Positions 26,184 to 38,625 of a stretch of 64,000 nucleotides of DNA are shown here, piece by piece (position 1 is the stretch's first letter; every line of letters begins with the position of its first letter). This DNA is from Felis catus. Lineage: Eukaryota. The translations under genes were made by a program, and so were the position numbers. The notes beneath the pieces are model-generated. The model worked only from the letters and a program-made list of their open reading frames with translations. It did no database searches and was not told where the DNA came from. The DNA lies in assembly GCF_018350175.1 (NCBI RefSeq), contig NC_058368.1, positions 133,178,001 to 133,242,000 of the forward strand, written 5' to 3'.

Positions 26184-27607
26184 ACTTCATCTTTACCAAT
26201 TTTGATGCATTTTATTTCATTTTGTTGACTGATTGCTGATTCTAGGACTTCCAACACTATGTTAAACAACAGTGGTGATAGTGGACATCCCTGTCGTGCT
26301 CCTGATCTCAGGGGGAAAGCTCTCAGTTTTTCCCCATTGAAGATTATATTAGCTGTGGGCTTTTCATAAATGGCTTTTATGATGTTTAAGTATTTTCCTT
26401 CTCTCCTGACTTTCTCGAGGGTTTTTATTAAGAAAGGATGCTGAATTTTGTCAAATGCTTTTTCTGCATCGATTGACAGGATCATATGGTTCTTATCTTT
26501 TCTTTTATTAATGTGATGTATCACATTGATTGATTTGCGAATATTGAACCAGCCCTGCAGCCCAGGAATGAATCCCACTTGATCATGGTGAATAATTCTT
26601 TTTATATGCTGTTGAATTCGATTTGTTAGTATCTTGTTGAGAATTTTTGCATCCATATTCATCAGGGATATTGGCCTGTAGTTCTCTTTTTTTACTGGGT
26701 CTCTGTCTGGTTTAGGAATCAAAGTAATACTGGCTTCATAGAATGAGTCTGGAAGTTTTTCTTCCCTTTCTATTTTTTGGAACAACTTGAAAAGGATAGG
26801 TAATATGTCTACTTTAAATGTCTGGTAGAATTCGCCAGGGAAGCCATCTGTTCCTGGACTCTTATTTGTTGGGAGATTTTTGATAACAGATTCCATTTCT
26901 TCATTAGTTATGGATCTGTTCAAATTTTCTATTTCTTCCCATTTGAGTTTTGTCAGTGTGTAGATGTTTAGGAATTTGTACATTTCTTCCAGGTTTTCCA
27001 TTTTGTTGGCATATAATTTTTTATAGTATTCCCTGATACTTGCTTTTATTTCTGAGGGATTGGTTGTAATAAATCCATTTTCATTCATGATTTTGTCTAT
27101 TTGGGTCCTCTCTCTTTTCTTTTTGAGACTCCTGGCTAGAGGTTTATCAATTTTGTTTATTTTTTCAAAAAAACCAACTCTTGGTTTCAGTGATCTGTTC
27201 TGTTTTTGTTTTTTGTGTTTTGGATTCTATATTGTTCAATTCTGCTGTGATCTTTATTATTTCTCTTCTTTTGCTGGGTTTGGGGTATCTTTGCTGTTCT
27301 GCTTCTAGTTCCTTTAGGTGTGCTGTTAGATTTTATATTTGGGATTTTTCTTGTTTCTTGAGATAGGCCTCGATTGCAATGTATTTTCCTCTTATGACTG
27401 CCTTTGATACGTCCCAAAGGGTTTGGAGTGTTGTATTTTCATTTTCATTTGTTTGCATATATTTTTAAATTTCTTCTCTAATTGCCTGGTTGACACATTC
27501 ATTCTTTAGTAGGGTGTTCTTTAACCTCCATTCTTTTGGAGGTGTTCCAGACTTTTTCTTGTGGTTGATTTAAAGTTTCATAGCTTTGCGATCTGAAAGT
27601 GTGCATG
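26184..27607 (-). mobile_element. L1-B inverted 5' segment (ORF2 from the end of EN to RT ...KIGKDEVK)
   Basis: ORF 26051..27088 encodes [41 protein letters not shown] and [17 protein letters not shown]1 homology stops at 26180. Confidence 0.95.
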
Positions 27608-27841
27608 TCCATCAACTGATGAATGGGTAAAGAAGATGTGGTTTATATATACAATGGAATATTACTTGGCAATGAGAAAGAATGAAATCTGGCCATTTGC
27701 AGCAATGTGGATGGAACTGGAGGGTATTATGCTAAGTGAAATACGTCAGTCAGAGAAAGACAGATATCATATATTTTCACTCATATGTGGATCTTGAGAA
27801 ACTTAACAGAAGACCATGGGGGAGGGGAAGGGGAAAAAAAG

Positions 27842-27886
<45 letters not shown>

Positions 27887-28050
27887 CAAACCATAAGAGA
27901 CTCTTAAATACTGAGAACAAACTAAGGGTTGATGGGGGGTGAGGGAGAAGGGGAAAGTGGGTGATGGGCATTGAGGAGGGCACTTGTTGGGATGAGCACT
28001 GGGTGTTGTATGGAAACCAATTTGACAATAAATTATATTAAAAGAAAAAA
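27605..28050 (+). mobile_element. L1-B non-inverted 3' segment (ORF2 end, 3' UTR with (GA)n, poly(A))
   Basis: atgtccatcaactgatgaatgg...aataaa...A-rich tail; 18-bp TSD aagaagggctcatacttg at 26166-26183 and 28049-28066 brackets both B segments. Confidence 0.95.
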
Positions 28051-30309
28051 GAAGGGCTCATACTTGCTCTCTTACCAGATTTTTTGCATTATTAAAACTG
28101 TCTGCTACCTTTAGATATAAGGCATATGTTTCTTGGGCCATACATTTTTCTTATCAGAATTCTGTAGATATTGTTCTACCAATTCCTGGCATTGAATGTT
28201 AGTACAGAAAGGGCTGAGGCCAGCCATTTTCTCCTTTGGGGGAACATGCTTTTAATTCCTGAATGCCCATAGGATTCTTTTTTCAATTCTTGAACTTATT
28301 GATCTCTACTGAGATATGGCTCAAATTTGAGATTGTATTTTCCTTGAACAAAAATTCTATTTTCTGCAGATCTTAATCAATGGCTTTATGTGTTTTATGT
28401 CAGGAAAGTTTTCTTTTTGTTATCTTTGAATATTTGTTCTGTCTTCCACTTTAGGAAAATCAGTTATGCACATGACAAACCCCAAGTACTTCACTTCTCT
28501 CTGAAGCCAATCTATTATCTAATCTTTTATTTTTGAATTTCTTTTTCATTTATTTTTATATGAATTTTTAACCTCTATCTCTGCCTTCCTATCCCTGTGT
28601 TTTCCCTGTTATCTATTCTTGCCACCTGTAATGTGATTTTCATTCCTGTGCTTTTATCGTTATCTAAATTTCTTCCAAAGCTACTTCAATTCATATTTTC
28701 TTTCTTTTTACTGTTTCATACTCTAATCTCTGATTCTCTGATTTCTTCTCTTTTCTCTCTGTCTCTCCCCAATATACCTAAGTTCTCTTTCTTTGAAAAT
28801 AGAGTTAATATTTGAAATATGATTCTCTTCTCTGAAGTGATTCTCTTTCTGAATAGTTTTTTTAAATCTGCTTATCATTTGGTAGGTTTGTTTCTTGTTA
28901 CCTTTATGTAGGTTCCGGTTTTCATTCTTTGTGCTAATAAGTGAAAGGGATAAGTTTACACAGGAGGGAAGTAATAGGAGGAAGTCTTGAATGTTGATCT
29001 GGGGAACATCTTCTCGCAATCCTTCACAGAATTCTCTTCTTCTGCCCCAAGGTCATGTCTTTCCTCAGGTTTTTGCTCTTCCCCATTTGGGGAGAACAGA
29101 TCTCGCTGATGGAAGGTCACTCTGGCTTAAGGAAGTACTTCCAGCTCCCAACTGATTGCTTAAACATTCTGTATAATAAAAATTCAGTTGAAAAACAAAC
29201 CTACCCCACACTTAACCACTTCCCTGAGGAGTCTAATCTTACTGTTTGTTTTATGTCCTTCTTGATCAAGAATGTATGCATATATAACTCTATTATTCAG
29301 TTAGTAGTGTAGTATCCACATGGTTGAGTTTTCTCCCTTAACAATGTATACTGGATGTTGTTTCGTATTAGCAGATATTAATCTGCTTTACACTTGTTGA
29401 TAGCTGTAGAGTATTCTTTAAGACTCACACTCAGGACACACTGAATAATTCTGTCTTTCTTAGCACATGATTCCTACTCATCATGAGGACGCTTTTTGTT
29501 TTTTGTTTTAATTTTTTTCATTTTTGTTTCTTCCATATGTTCTCCTACCTCATGGCTTGCTTGAGTAGTCAGAATCCCCTGAAGGCCTTGTAAGGGGCAG
29601 AAGACAGAGCCAGGACTGATCCCTTTCGCTGAAGATGAAAGAGAAGGTCATAGTTCTTGCTCAGACCTCTGTCTGTCCAAGCTTAAAGTGCAGGACTGTG
29701 TGAAACATGGCTTTGATTATATGATAAAACAGATATTATAATTGGAAAGGAAGTTATGTAAGGGAAAACAGTACTCCAGACATCTTCATTTTCTCTCCAG
29801 TGCCCTTTGTACCACAGGAAATGGAAACACAGACGATACCAAAGTGTGTTTTGTTTTGGCCTACCCAGCTTATACAGCTGGCTTCACTTTGTACTTAATA
29901 TGTTTTCCTTAAAAACAATATAGTTCCATCTGAGATTGGGACAAAAGATAAGTTAACAATATCAGATAGATTAAATAAATAAATTCAAGAAGAGTTGAGA
30001 TAGACCATTGGAAGTTTTAACCTCAGTGAGAGAGATGGTTGAAACACAAATCTTGGATCTGATCTCCCAACTTTTATTTATTATCTTTTATTCATGAAGG
30101 CAAATAGAAACTTCTCCAGGGGGTTATTTGGAATGCTTTCCCTGGTGAGGTAAGGCTCTTTCTTCCCTGTGGTGCTTTCACATGGAGTAGGATTCAGCAT
30201 AAGCAATCTCCACACAAACCTTCTACGTTGTTGCCTCTACATATTGCGGATCTGTTGGTTGTAGTGGGAGTGGGGGAAGGTGGGCACTCTTATTTAAAAA
30301 GATCTTTAA

Positions 30310-30735
30310 AAAAATGTATTAGATGCACTTACTGTACACCTGGCACTGTGCTGAGCATTTTACCTGCATTATCTTATCTAATTTTCCCAAACAACATGAT
30401 GAAATAGATAAGAGTCTAGGATCAAATTCCAATTCTGCCAGCTCTTAATTCTTGGCAAGATTGTTCAACTTCCCTGCTTGTTTTCTCATGTATGGGGGGA
30501 TGGGGAGGGATAGTGCCCATCTCCTAGGACAGTGTGAGGATTGGAGGTGATGGATGCAGAGCATCCTAGTCAGCACTCATACATTGTCTGATTATATTCG
30601 TATTATTACTCTTATAAATGAAGAAACAGGGGCCCACAGAGGGAGAGTCTTTTGTCATGTCACCCAGCCATTAACGTGGAGCCTGGCCCCAGACCCTGGT
30701 CTGGCTGATTGCAGAGACTGAGCTTTTAAACACGG
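30310..30735. mobile_element. MIR fragments in both orientations
   Basis: cacttactgtacacctggcactgtgctgagcattttacctgcattatc (-); ggatcaaattccaattctgcca...gtgtgaggatt (+). Confidence 0.6.
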
Positions 30736-31331
30736 TGCTGTCTGGATTCTTCATCATGCCCAACATCAAAGCTCAAATTTGGGGCTCAAAGCTCTTTGGG
30801 ATCCCATGTACTCTAACAACACAAAATGCCTTTGAACTTCCAATAAGAGATGTATTGCTAACAATTATATTCATGTTGAATCCTGGTTTTCCTGCTTTCA
30901 TAATATGAATAATTTTGTGATTGTGCCTTTCTTTCCTGTTCAGTATTTTCATTCAAAGACTCATAAGCACATTTCAATCCTATTTCACTCTCTGGGATCT
31001 GTATTATTCTTTCAGAGTTCTCAACTGTTTACTATAGAATTAAGCCTCAGCTGCAGTAACTCATAGGAGGAACTCAGTAACCATTTCTTAAATATCAGTT
31101 GGAATCTCACTAATAGGTGTCCCTTCACCAATTAGTGCATTATTATTCTTATAAGTGTTTTGCTTAGAACAAAAGATTGTTTTCTGTGAGGCCATGTTGG
31201 TATTTATGTAAGAATGTTGTTTTTGTTTTGTTTTTTTGGAAGTATGTAGTTATATGGACAAGAATAAAGATTTTGTTATTTAAACACACTATATCTTTTA
31301 AAAAAGATAATGCTTCAAATAAAGGGAAGCA

Positions 31332-32285
31332 CAGTTGATTCTCATTTTTGAGGTAATTATATTCTATAAAGTTGTCGCAGACACTGAATTAGTGAATACT
31401 GAACTGTCGTTCCTGGAGAAATATGGGGTAGGGTTCTTGTGAGCCTCTGGTCACATTTTCATTAATCGATCAATACATAACCTTGTTTTAGATGTCTTTC
31501 TGGTTAAAGGCACCTTATTTAATATATATTGTTGACTTACTAACGTTGAATTCATGGCCAACAGCACTGTAACTCATGCCTGAATGAAGCTTATCTAACA
31601 CATGTATTTTTTCCTTAGGTCACAGCACAGCCTTCTTGTGGTTAGGAACACTGGACGGCACTTCAGCACTTTTAAACAGTGAAGTCACCAATAGAATGCA
31701 AAAAAATGTAGCATTAAACCTTCACTTGACCCTTGAACAATGTGGGAGTTAGGGGTGGTGACCCCTCATGTAGCTGAAAATTCATATATAGCTTTTGACT
31801 TCCCCAAAACTTAAATACTTGTAGCCTACTGTTGACTGGAAGCCTTACCGATAACATAAACAGTCTTTTAGCATATGTATATTATTATATACTGTATTTT
31901 TACAATAAAGTAAGGTAGAGAAAAGAAAATGTTGTTAAGAAAGTCTTAAGGAAGAGAAAATACATTTACAGTACTGTATTCATTGAAAAAAATTTGTGTT
32001 TAAGCAGACTGCATAGTTCAAACCTGTGTTCTTCAAGGGTTAGGTGTATTATGAAAAGGACACTTGCTTGCAGTGTGACAGCTGAAACAAGAAGGCAGAG
32101 TATCACTTGTTCCATCTCAGCAGAGGGAGCGTGTGCACTGGGCAACTTAAAAATTTCACCGCTCTGTGCATGTATAGGAATGACAGCATGAGTGCCCCCA
32201 GGTATTGATTTTGAGGTTACGAACAAATTTTAGCAAGTAGGCAAATTTGCAAATATGCAATCTGCAAATAAGGAAGATCAACTTT
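31332..32285. mobile_element. MER82-like TcMar-Tigger DNA transposon
   Basis: TIR-like ends cagttgattctcatt and aaggaagatcaact; internal gagcctctggtcac and catggccaacagcactgtaactcatgcctgaa. Confidence 0.75.
31724..32047 (+). mobile_element. Tigger2a-like element nested in the MER82-like element
   Basis: TIRs cacttgacccttgaacaa and gttcttcaagggttaggtgta; internal cttttgacttccccaaaactta and ctgttgactggaagccttaccgataacataaac. Confidence 0.85.
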
Positions 32286-32339
32286 ATTTTGCTTTCATAA
32301 TGTCCCTTCTTGATCAGTTCAACTTTTAATTTGGCAACT

Positions 32340-32792
32340 GTGGTAGATTGATTGCATTAATGGCCTCCATGTTGGTCTCCTAATATCAGGCTCTCTGTTT
32401 TGTAACCCTTGGTTCCTTCCTACTTTAATTCTAGGCTTAGCTATGTGACTTTGCTTGGACAATGAGATGCTCACAAACCAGGGGCAAGCAGAAGCTTGAA
32501 AAGCATATGCACATTCCCTCTTTCTCCCTTGCGCCCCTGTCACCAACATGAGGACATGCTGGTCTGGCCCATAAGAGGGGTGTGAGACACACATGGAGGA
32601 GAGCAGAGTTGTCTCAGACAAGGCCATTTAGACCAGCTGGCCCACTAGCTGACTGTAGATGGAGAAGAAAGCCCAGCTAAGATCAGCCAAACTTGGCTCA
32701 GATCCACCAGCACCCAATCTGTAGACCACAAGAAATAATCAATAGTTTTTATTTTAAGCCACTATACTTGGGGGTGATTTGTCATTATCTAA
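32340..32792 (+). mobile_element. MLT1G/H-like MaLR LTR
   Basis: tgtggtagattgattgca start; ctatgtgactttgcttggacaatgag; ttttaagccactatacttgggggtgatttg. Confidence 0.7.
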
Positions 32793-34019
32793 CTGCTGCA
32801 GGGACTTGAGTATCTTCAGTTTTATTTGCAGACTTTAGCATTCTAGATCTTCCAGAAGAGCATCATGCAGCCACTTCACCTGAAGATAAATGCCTGCTGC
32901 TCCATCATATGGGAGGTGAAAAACATCAGTTATTTCAACACAGACCAGAGAAGATAGAAGAGAAATACTGGTAAAGAAGGAAGGGCATTCATCTGGGGCA
33001 GTACTCAGAGTATAGTTTTCACCTCCACTTTCCCATGTCTTGATGTGTAGCTGCCCATTCTCTTCATTTAACTGTGGCTTGGTTAGAATACAACCTGTTT
33101 GCTCTCTCTCTCTCTTTTTTTCTCCCAAATTCTTCCACTGGTAAGGGTGGTTATTTTATTTACTTTACACTGAAAGAAAAAAAAAAGCAGCAAGGGAGAA
33201 GGAGGGGTAGAGGTGGAAAGAAGGGAGTGAATTATGTACAGAAAATAATTTCTCTTGTTTCAGCCTCAGAACATGAAGGGAAATTCACAAGGGGTGCAAT
33301 ACATCAATAACTACAGTATATTCCTCTAGAAAAGCTGCTGGCCCCAAGGCATAATAAAAGTTACACTTAAGAATACCATAAACCTTTTAAAAGTCACATT
33401 TTGAATCAAAATAATTTCCTTATAAAATATTAATTCTCAAAATGAGTTGTAAAATATGAACACAAAATAGCTGAGGCTATTTTTATTTTTGGCAATAAAG
33501 CAAAACTTTCTTAGAGGAAATGACAGCTGCTGGAAGGTAGTTCTGAGAGTGAATGAGTGCAAATGAGTGTGAAATTCCTTGGCTTCTGTTCTCTCTTTCA
33601 GTCCACCGTCCCTGAACAGGACCCAGGCTCTGAGCTAGGCCCTGCAGGGGACCAGACTTTCCAGAGGGAAGTCTTAAAATACACAAGGAACTCAAAATGC
33701 AGTGCCAGGGTAACTCATCCCTCTTGGGTTGTTCTGAACTTATTTCCCAGATCCTGGCTTTTAAAAATGAAAAGATAGATCTGAGATCATGATATAAATT
33801 ATAGACAATTATTTAAAAATGTAGAAAAAAATCAACTTACTTACTAAAGGACAGCTCTGAGTAGAAGTGAAAATTCTGTAACTAACTGACAATTACCTTA
33901 TGGAAATTTATGCTAATATGGTACTTTACAGTTAATGGTAAAAGGATCAGTTTCCTGATTTATAAATTTCACTGTTGAGATTTTTGGTACGACAGATACT
34001 GGTTTTACAGTGTATTCCT

Positions 34020-34225
34020 ATGATAGCATGGAGTCAGATTCCCTGGGTTCAAGTCTTTACCACTTAACTACCAAAATCTGTAGTTTTAGGTAAATTGTTT
34101 AAGTAAATCCTCTCTGTGCCTCAATTTCCTCATCTGTAAAATAGTGACAATATCAGCGGCTTCATATGTTTGCTGTGTGGATTGAATGAGATCGTAGGTC
34201 GGTTACTAATCAATATATATGTTAG
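34020..34225 (+). mobile_element. MIR SINE
   Basis: ggagtcagattccctgggttcaa...cctctctgtgcctcaatttcctcatctgtaaaat. Confidence 0.8.
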
Positions 34226-35918
34226 CATCAACTAGGAAACCATCTGGCATTTCCCAAATCTATCCCCTGGCCTATCTCCAGTGCTGGTTCCAGGTCTCTT
34301 GACATTCATGTCCTCCTCTTCTTTTTCCCAGTAGCAGGCAAGTTTCAGGTGTGATCATTATAGTCCTTTCCCACCAGGAACACTGCTCTCCTGGCGAAAA
34401 GCAAAATCAACACAAATCCTTCCAGATCTGGCTGACTATGCCTAATGCAGCTTCTTGTGTGGGAGACCAGAGGATGCTGGTTATTGAGCAGCTATTCCCA
34501 AGCTGCTGCTGGATCCCATAACACCGCTCTGCTGTTATTCGAAGCCCTCCCCATCACCTCCTGCCTCAACTTCTCTGCTCATGTGCTACAACCTAGAAAT
34601 TCCCTCTGGTTCCAGATTTAAGAAATTCCTGCCTTATCAGGGCTGGGCCCTGGCGATGACATTTTCTGGGGCCATTTAAAGTATTTGCTTACATTTCTGT
34701 GCTGTACTCGAAAGTAACTGCCCCATAATGCTTCATAAATTTGTGCATTTGTATTTTCCCTACATTAAAACAACCTGCTTATTTACAACTCCAAATCTCT
34801 GGGGATTTCCTGCTCAACCCTAGGAAATCCTTTGCACCTGGTAGACTTTGACCCCCAAGTAAACTAAATTTCCATCCTTGTTTCCCTCCTACCTCTTTTT
34901 CAAATCTAAGTACAGTTCTGGCCCAGAGCCTCAGGCAACTCCCTTTCAGAGTCTTAGACCAACCTCCTGATTGACGGTCAATAGATCAATCCTCATCTCG
35001 CCTTATTTCACTCATGCTCTTTTGAGCTGTTGTTACACAAACAACACAGAGTGTGGGGGTCACCAGGGGTAAGGATAATTTAGAGTCACAGGATGAGGTG
35101 CAGCTTGGAGAGGCTAAACTTCAGCTGACCCAGCCTCCAGCCATAATTCTACGTCGCCATCCACACTGACCTTCATCAATCTTTTCTCTTCCAATTAGCC
35201 CCCTTCCCTAAAGAACAGTGACTTGCTCACAGCTACATGGTGCCCAGTACCAAAGGTGATTAGGAGTTAGGTCTCTAAGCAGTTCTTCCTTGCCCTAGGA
35301 AAAAATTCCCCCTGTTTCCAGAAAATGCAGTTTAAAACCAAGCAAACAGAAAAATCTAGGAGGGAACATAATGACGTTGCTGTGAGACAGAGCCACACAT
35401 CTAGGATGCTTGTCTGGGGGAGATAAAAAGTATAGAGGAAGACTGTGCTAGACTGCATGACATTATTTAAATAATAATAGTAACAGTGAGGGCTAACATT
35501 TACTAAGCATATACAGTACGCCACACATTGTGGCAAGAGGTTGCCATATTTTAGCCCATTTTGATCCCCCTGACAATCTGTTATTCATTAAAAGGCCTAT
35601 ATGCTTGCCATGTGCTCAAGAAATAAAAAAGAATATGGGTGTGACAGCGATAATATTTTCAACAGATTAAGCCAGTGTATTTGAATTTTTCTCCCCATAG
35701 TGCCTGGCAGCCATTCTCTCCCCCAGTCTAGCTGAGAAATGGGGATATGGCATTGGAAAGTCAAGGATAGAAAGGAAGAGAAAGTGGAAATCCTATTCCT
35801 TCCATCCCTGGAGGCTATGGGAGGAAGAGAGGATAAAACAGGGGACTGAGTTTATAAAAATATGTGGGTCCTGACCCTGTTTCCTCTGGCCAGAGTCTGG
35901 GGGGGATATCTGAATGCT

Positions 35919-36091
35919 TTTTTTTAAGTTTATTTATTTATTTTTTAGAGAGAGAGAGAGTATCCCAAGCAGGCCATGTGCTATCAGTGCAGAGTCCCAT
36001 GTGGGGCTTGAACTCATGAACCATGAGATCATGACCTGAGCTGAAATCAAGAGTCAGACACTTAACTGACTCTGAGCCACCCAGGAGCCCC
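35919..36091 (-). mobile_element. CanSINE (older, shorter variant)
   Basis: Reverse SINE; TSD tat(c/g)tgaatgct at 35907-35918 and 36092-36103. Confidence 0.9.
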
Positions 36092-36339
36092 TATGTGAAT
36101 GCTCTTATAGGTAGGGGATGAATATTATGTGGAGGTGCAAGTTGGTAGCAGAAGAGATGTTGCTGACATATTCTGTTTAGGACTCATGAAGAAGACTTAC
36201 TTACAGAGTGAACTACAACCTGGGGTTGCTTGGCTGTGGGGCAGAGAGAAGGCCAGAGTGAGAACTCTGGAACCCTGAATAGGAAAACAGGGATGCAGAA
36301 GTTTCTGTAGGTTAGTGGAGATGGCTGGCTGTCTCCCTA

Positions 36340-36722
36340 CTCTTAATTTCTTTGTTTTCTTGAGTAATAGAATTCCAATTTCGGAATAGAAATGCACCCA
36401 GTTGAAAGACTATATTGCAGTTAGATATGACCATAGAACTAAATTATGGACAATGAAATGTGAGCAAATGTTTAAGTGAAACTTCTGTGATGGCTTTATA
36501 AGAGAGACCAACCCAGCAGGGAGACACTCCCTGTCCTTTCTTCCATTGCTTGGGAGCTGGACACAGTGGCAGGAGCTCCAGCTGCCATCCTCTAACATGA
36601 GGTTATCTGGAGCATAGAAGCATGCTCAGCAAAGCACAAACATGCAGGAAGCCTAGGTCCTTGGTAATTTCATGGAGCTACAACCCTGGACTGTGTACTT
36701 TTAGGTTTTTTTAAGTGAGATA
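36340..36722 (+). mobile_element. MLT1J-like MaLR LTR
   Basis: gatatgaccatagaactaaattatggacaatgaaatgtgagc...ggagctccagctgccatcc. Confidence 0.6.
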
Positions 36723-38319
36723 AGTGTAATCCTAAGAGTATTGAGAATCTACTTTGAGTAAAACTGGAGAGACTGGGAACAGGTGGGAGTGAGGAGACAG
36801 ATCTACAGTGGTTATGGTGAAGCGGAAGTGCAGCTATGAAGTGTGTGACTGGCTTCTGAGTCTGTGGATCAAATGGGAGTCATAGCCAGATTTCAGGAGT
36901 TCACAGTCACAGCTCACCCAGCTGGGCTTCTCAGCAGAGAAGGTCCACCAGGCCACGATTTAGCTAAGAGACCTTAGCACAACACAAGAAATAGGCAGAA
37001 AAGGGAGACCGGAGGAATCAATAGATATAGGCTGTAGTGCAGAGACATGCACAGGTGCCTATTAATTCTCCAGAGAGCTCTCTAAAGGCCAGCTGTCATG
37101 TGGGGAGGACAAACACGAGGAAAATGAAATGCTGGAAGGCTGGCTATTTATCTCTTCTAAGTGTTTAAGTGTAGGATTGAGTTGACTGTCACTAGATTGG
37201 ATTACATTTTCTTTCTTTCCTTTTTTTTTTTTTTTTTTTTGGCAATAGAAATTGTGAGAAGAATCAGATCAGATTTGGGGGGAAAAAAGATACTATCTAC
37301 ATTTGTTTTGCAGATATGAGTGTAATGCTTGCATTGGCTTTACCACAATATGGGTACTAGTATCCCCATTTCACAGATGAGGAAACTGAAACTTGGAGCA
37401 GCTCAATGACTTTAAAGTCATATGGCTATTAATTATGTTCACATTGAATAATTCTATTTTCAACACACTTTAGGTGTAGAGCTCCATGGGCTTCAGTCCA
37501 AGAGAAGAAGGACTGATGGCTGCCACAGTCATGGTCTGCTGTTACATGCATTCCATGTCGGATGGTGGTCAAACTAGAACTCATTTTCAGAGCCTCGCCA
37601 ATTTCCAAACTGTTTTTTGCTAGATCATGCAGCATGTAGGAACTGAGTGGTCTGGATCTGACTCCAAAACATACCAGCATACAGACATGAGCCTATCATT
37701 CTTGGCTACTGAGACTGTCAATGTATAATTGATTTTTGAAATGAAAGCCAAAAGCTATAGATCCACGCATAAAGTGTGAAAACTGAGTCTAATAGATTTA
37801 AAGGGTACTTATTCATCAGGGTGCAGCAGAAAGGAGGTGTTAATGGCCAAAACTAAAACACTGATCTTGGATCCTTGAGCAAGTTTTCATGGTTTGTTCA
37901 ATGTTTCATTTCATTGGTTTGTTCAAATGTTTCATTCATTTGTTCAATCATTCATTCATTCATTCATCAGATATTTTTTTGAGAGCCTATATCAAGCCAG
38001 GCTCAGAATGAATGAGGCAGAAAATAACTGGCTATGTAGAAGCTGGTCTGTCAATGCTCTCCTGTGCTTTTATTAGTCTGCCACTTTTCCTACCTCAAAT
38101 AACCCAGTTATTCCAGAAAAATTGTATTCAACCCCCTAAAATAGAGGCCATCTAAAGCACAAACATCCTGTCAACTAAAATGTCTAGGGTAAGTGAAAAG
38201 ATGTGAAGAACGTATCTATAGTTCCTCCCAAAGGCCTGATATTTTTCATTTCTTAATTTCTGGAGTTTAGTTCTCTAAGCCATTGATAAGATTTATATTT
38301 ATCATTTATACCTAGCTGT

Positions 38320-38420
38320 ATTTATCTACAAAATTGTTAAATGAACATACCCTTTGACCCAGCAATTCCACATCTAGGAGTTTATCCTTATGGATATACT
38401 TGACTCTGTGCTGAAATATA

Positions 38421-38460
<40 letters not shown>

Positions 38461-38625
38461 GTAGCATCGCATAAAATAATAACAGTCTGGAAAACACCTA
38501 AATTCCCATGCATATGGAACTGATGGAATAAATTATAGCATATAGTGGAATATTCTGCAGCCATTAACAAAAGTGAAGTAGAACTATAGATCTACTGCTG
38601 TAAATCTACCACGGCATAGTTTAAG
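38320..38625 (+). mobile_element. Old L1 (L1M) 3' fragment containing (CA)n at 38422-38459
   Basis: cataccctttgacccagcaattccacatctaggagtttatcc; gtggaatattctgcagccatt. Confidence 0.75.

Noticed and set aside
35640..37350. Possible ancient Gypsy-like LTR underlying the SINE and the MLT1J
   Set aside because: The resemblance is too faint to support without an HMM search.
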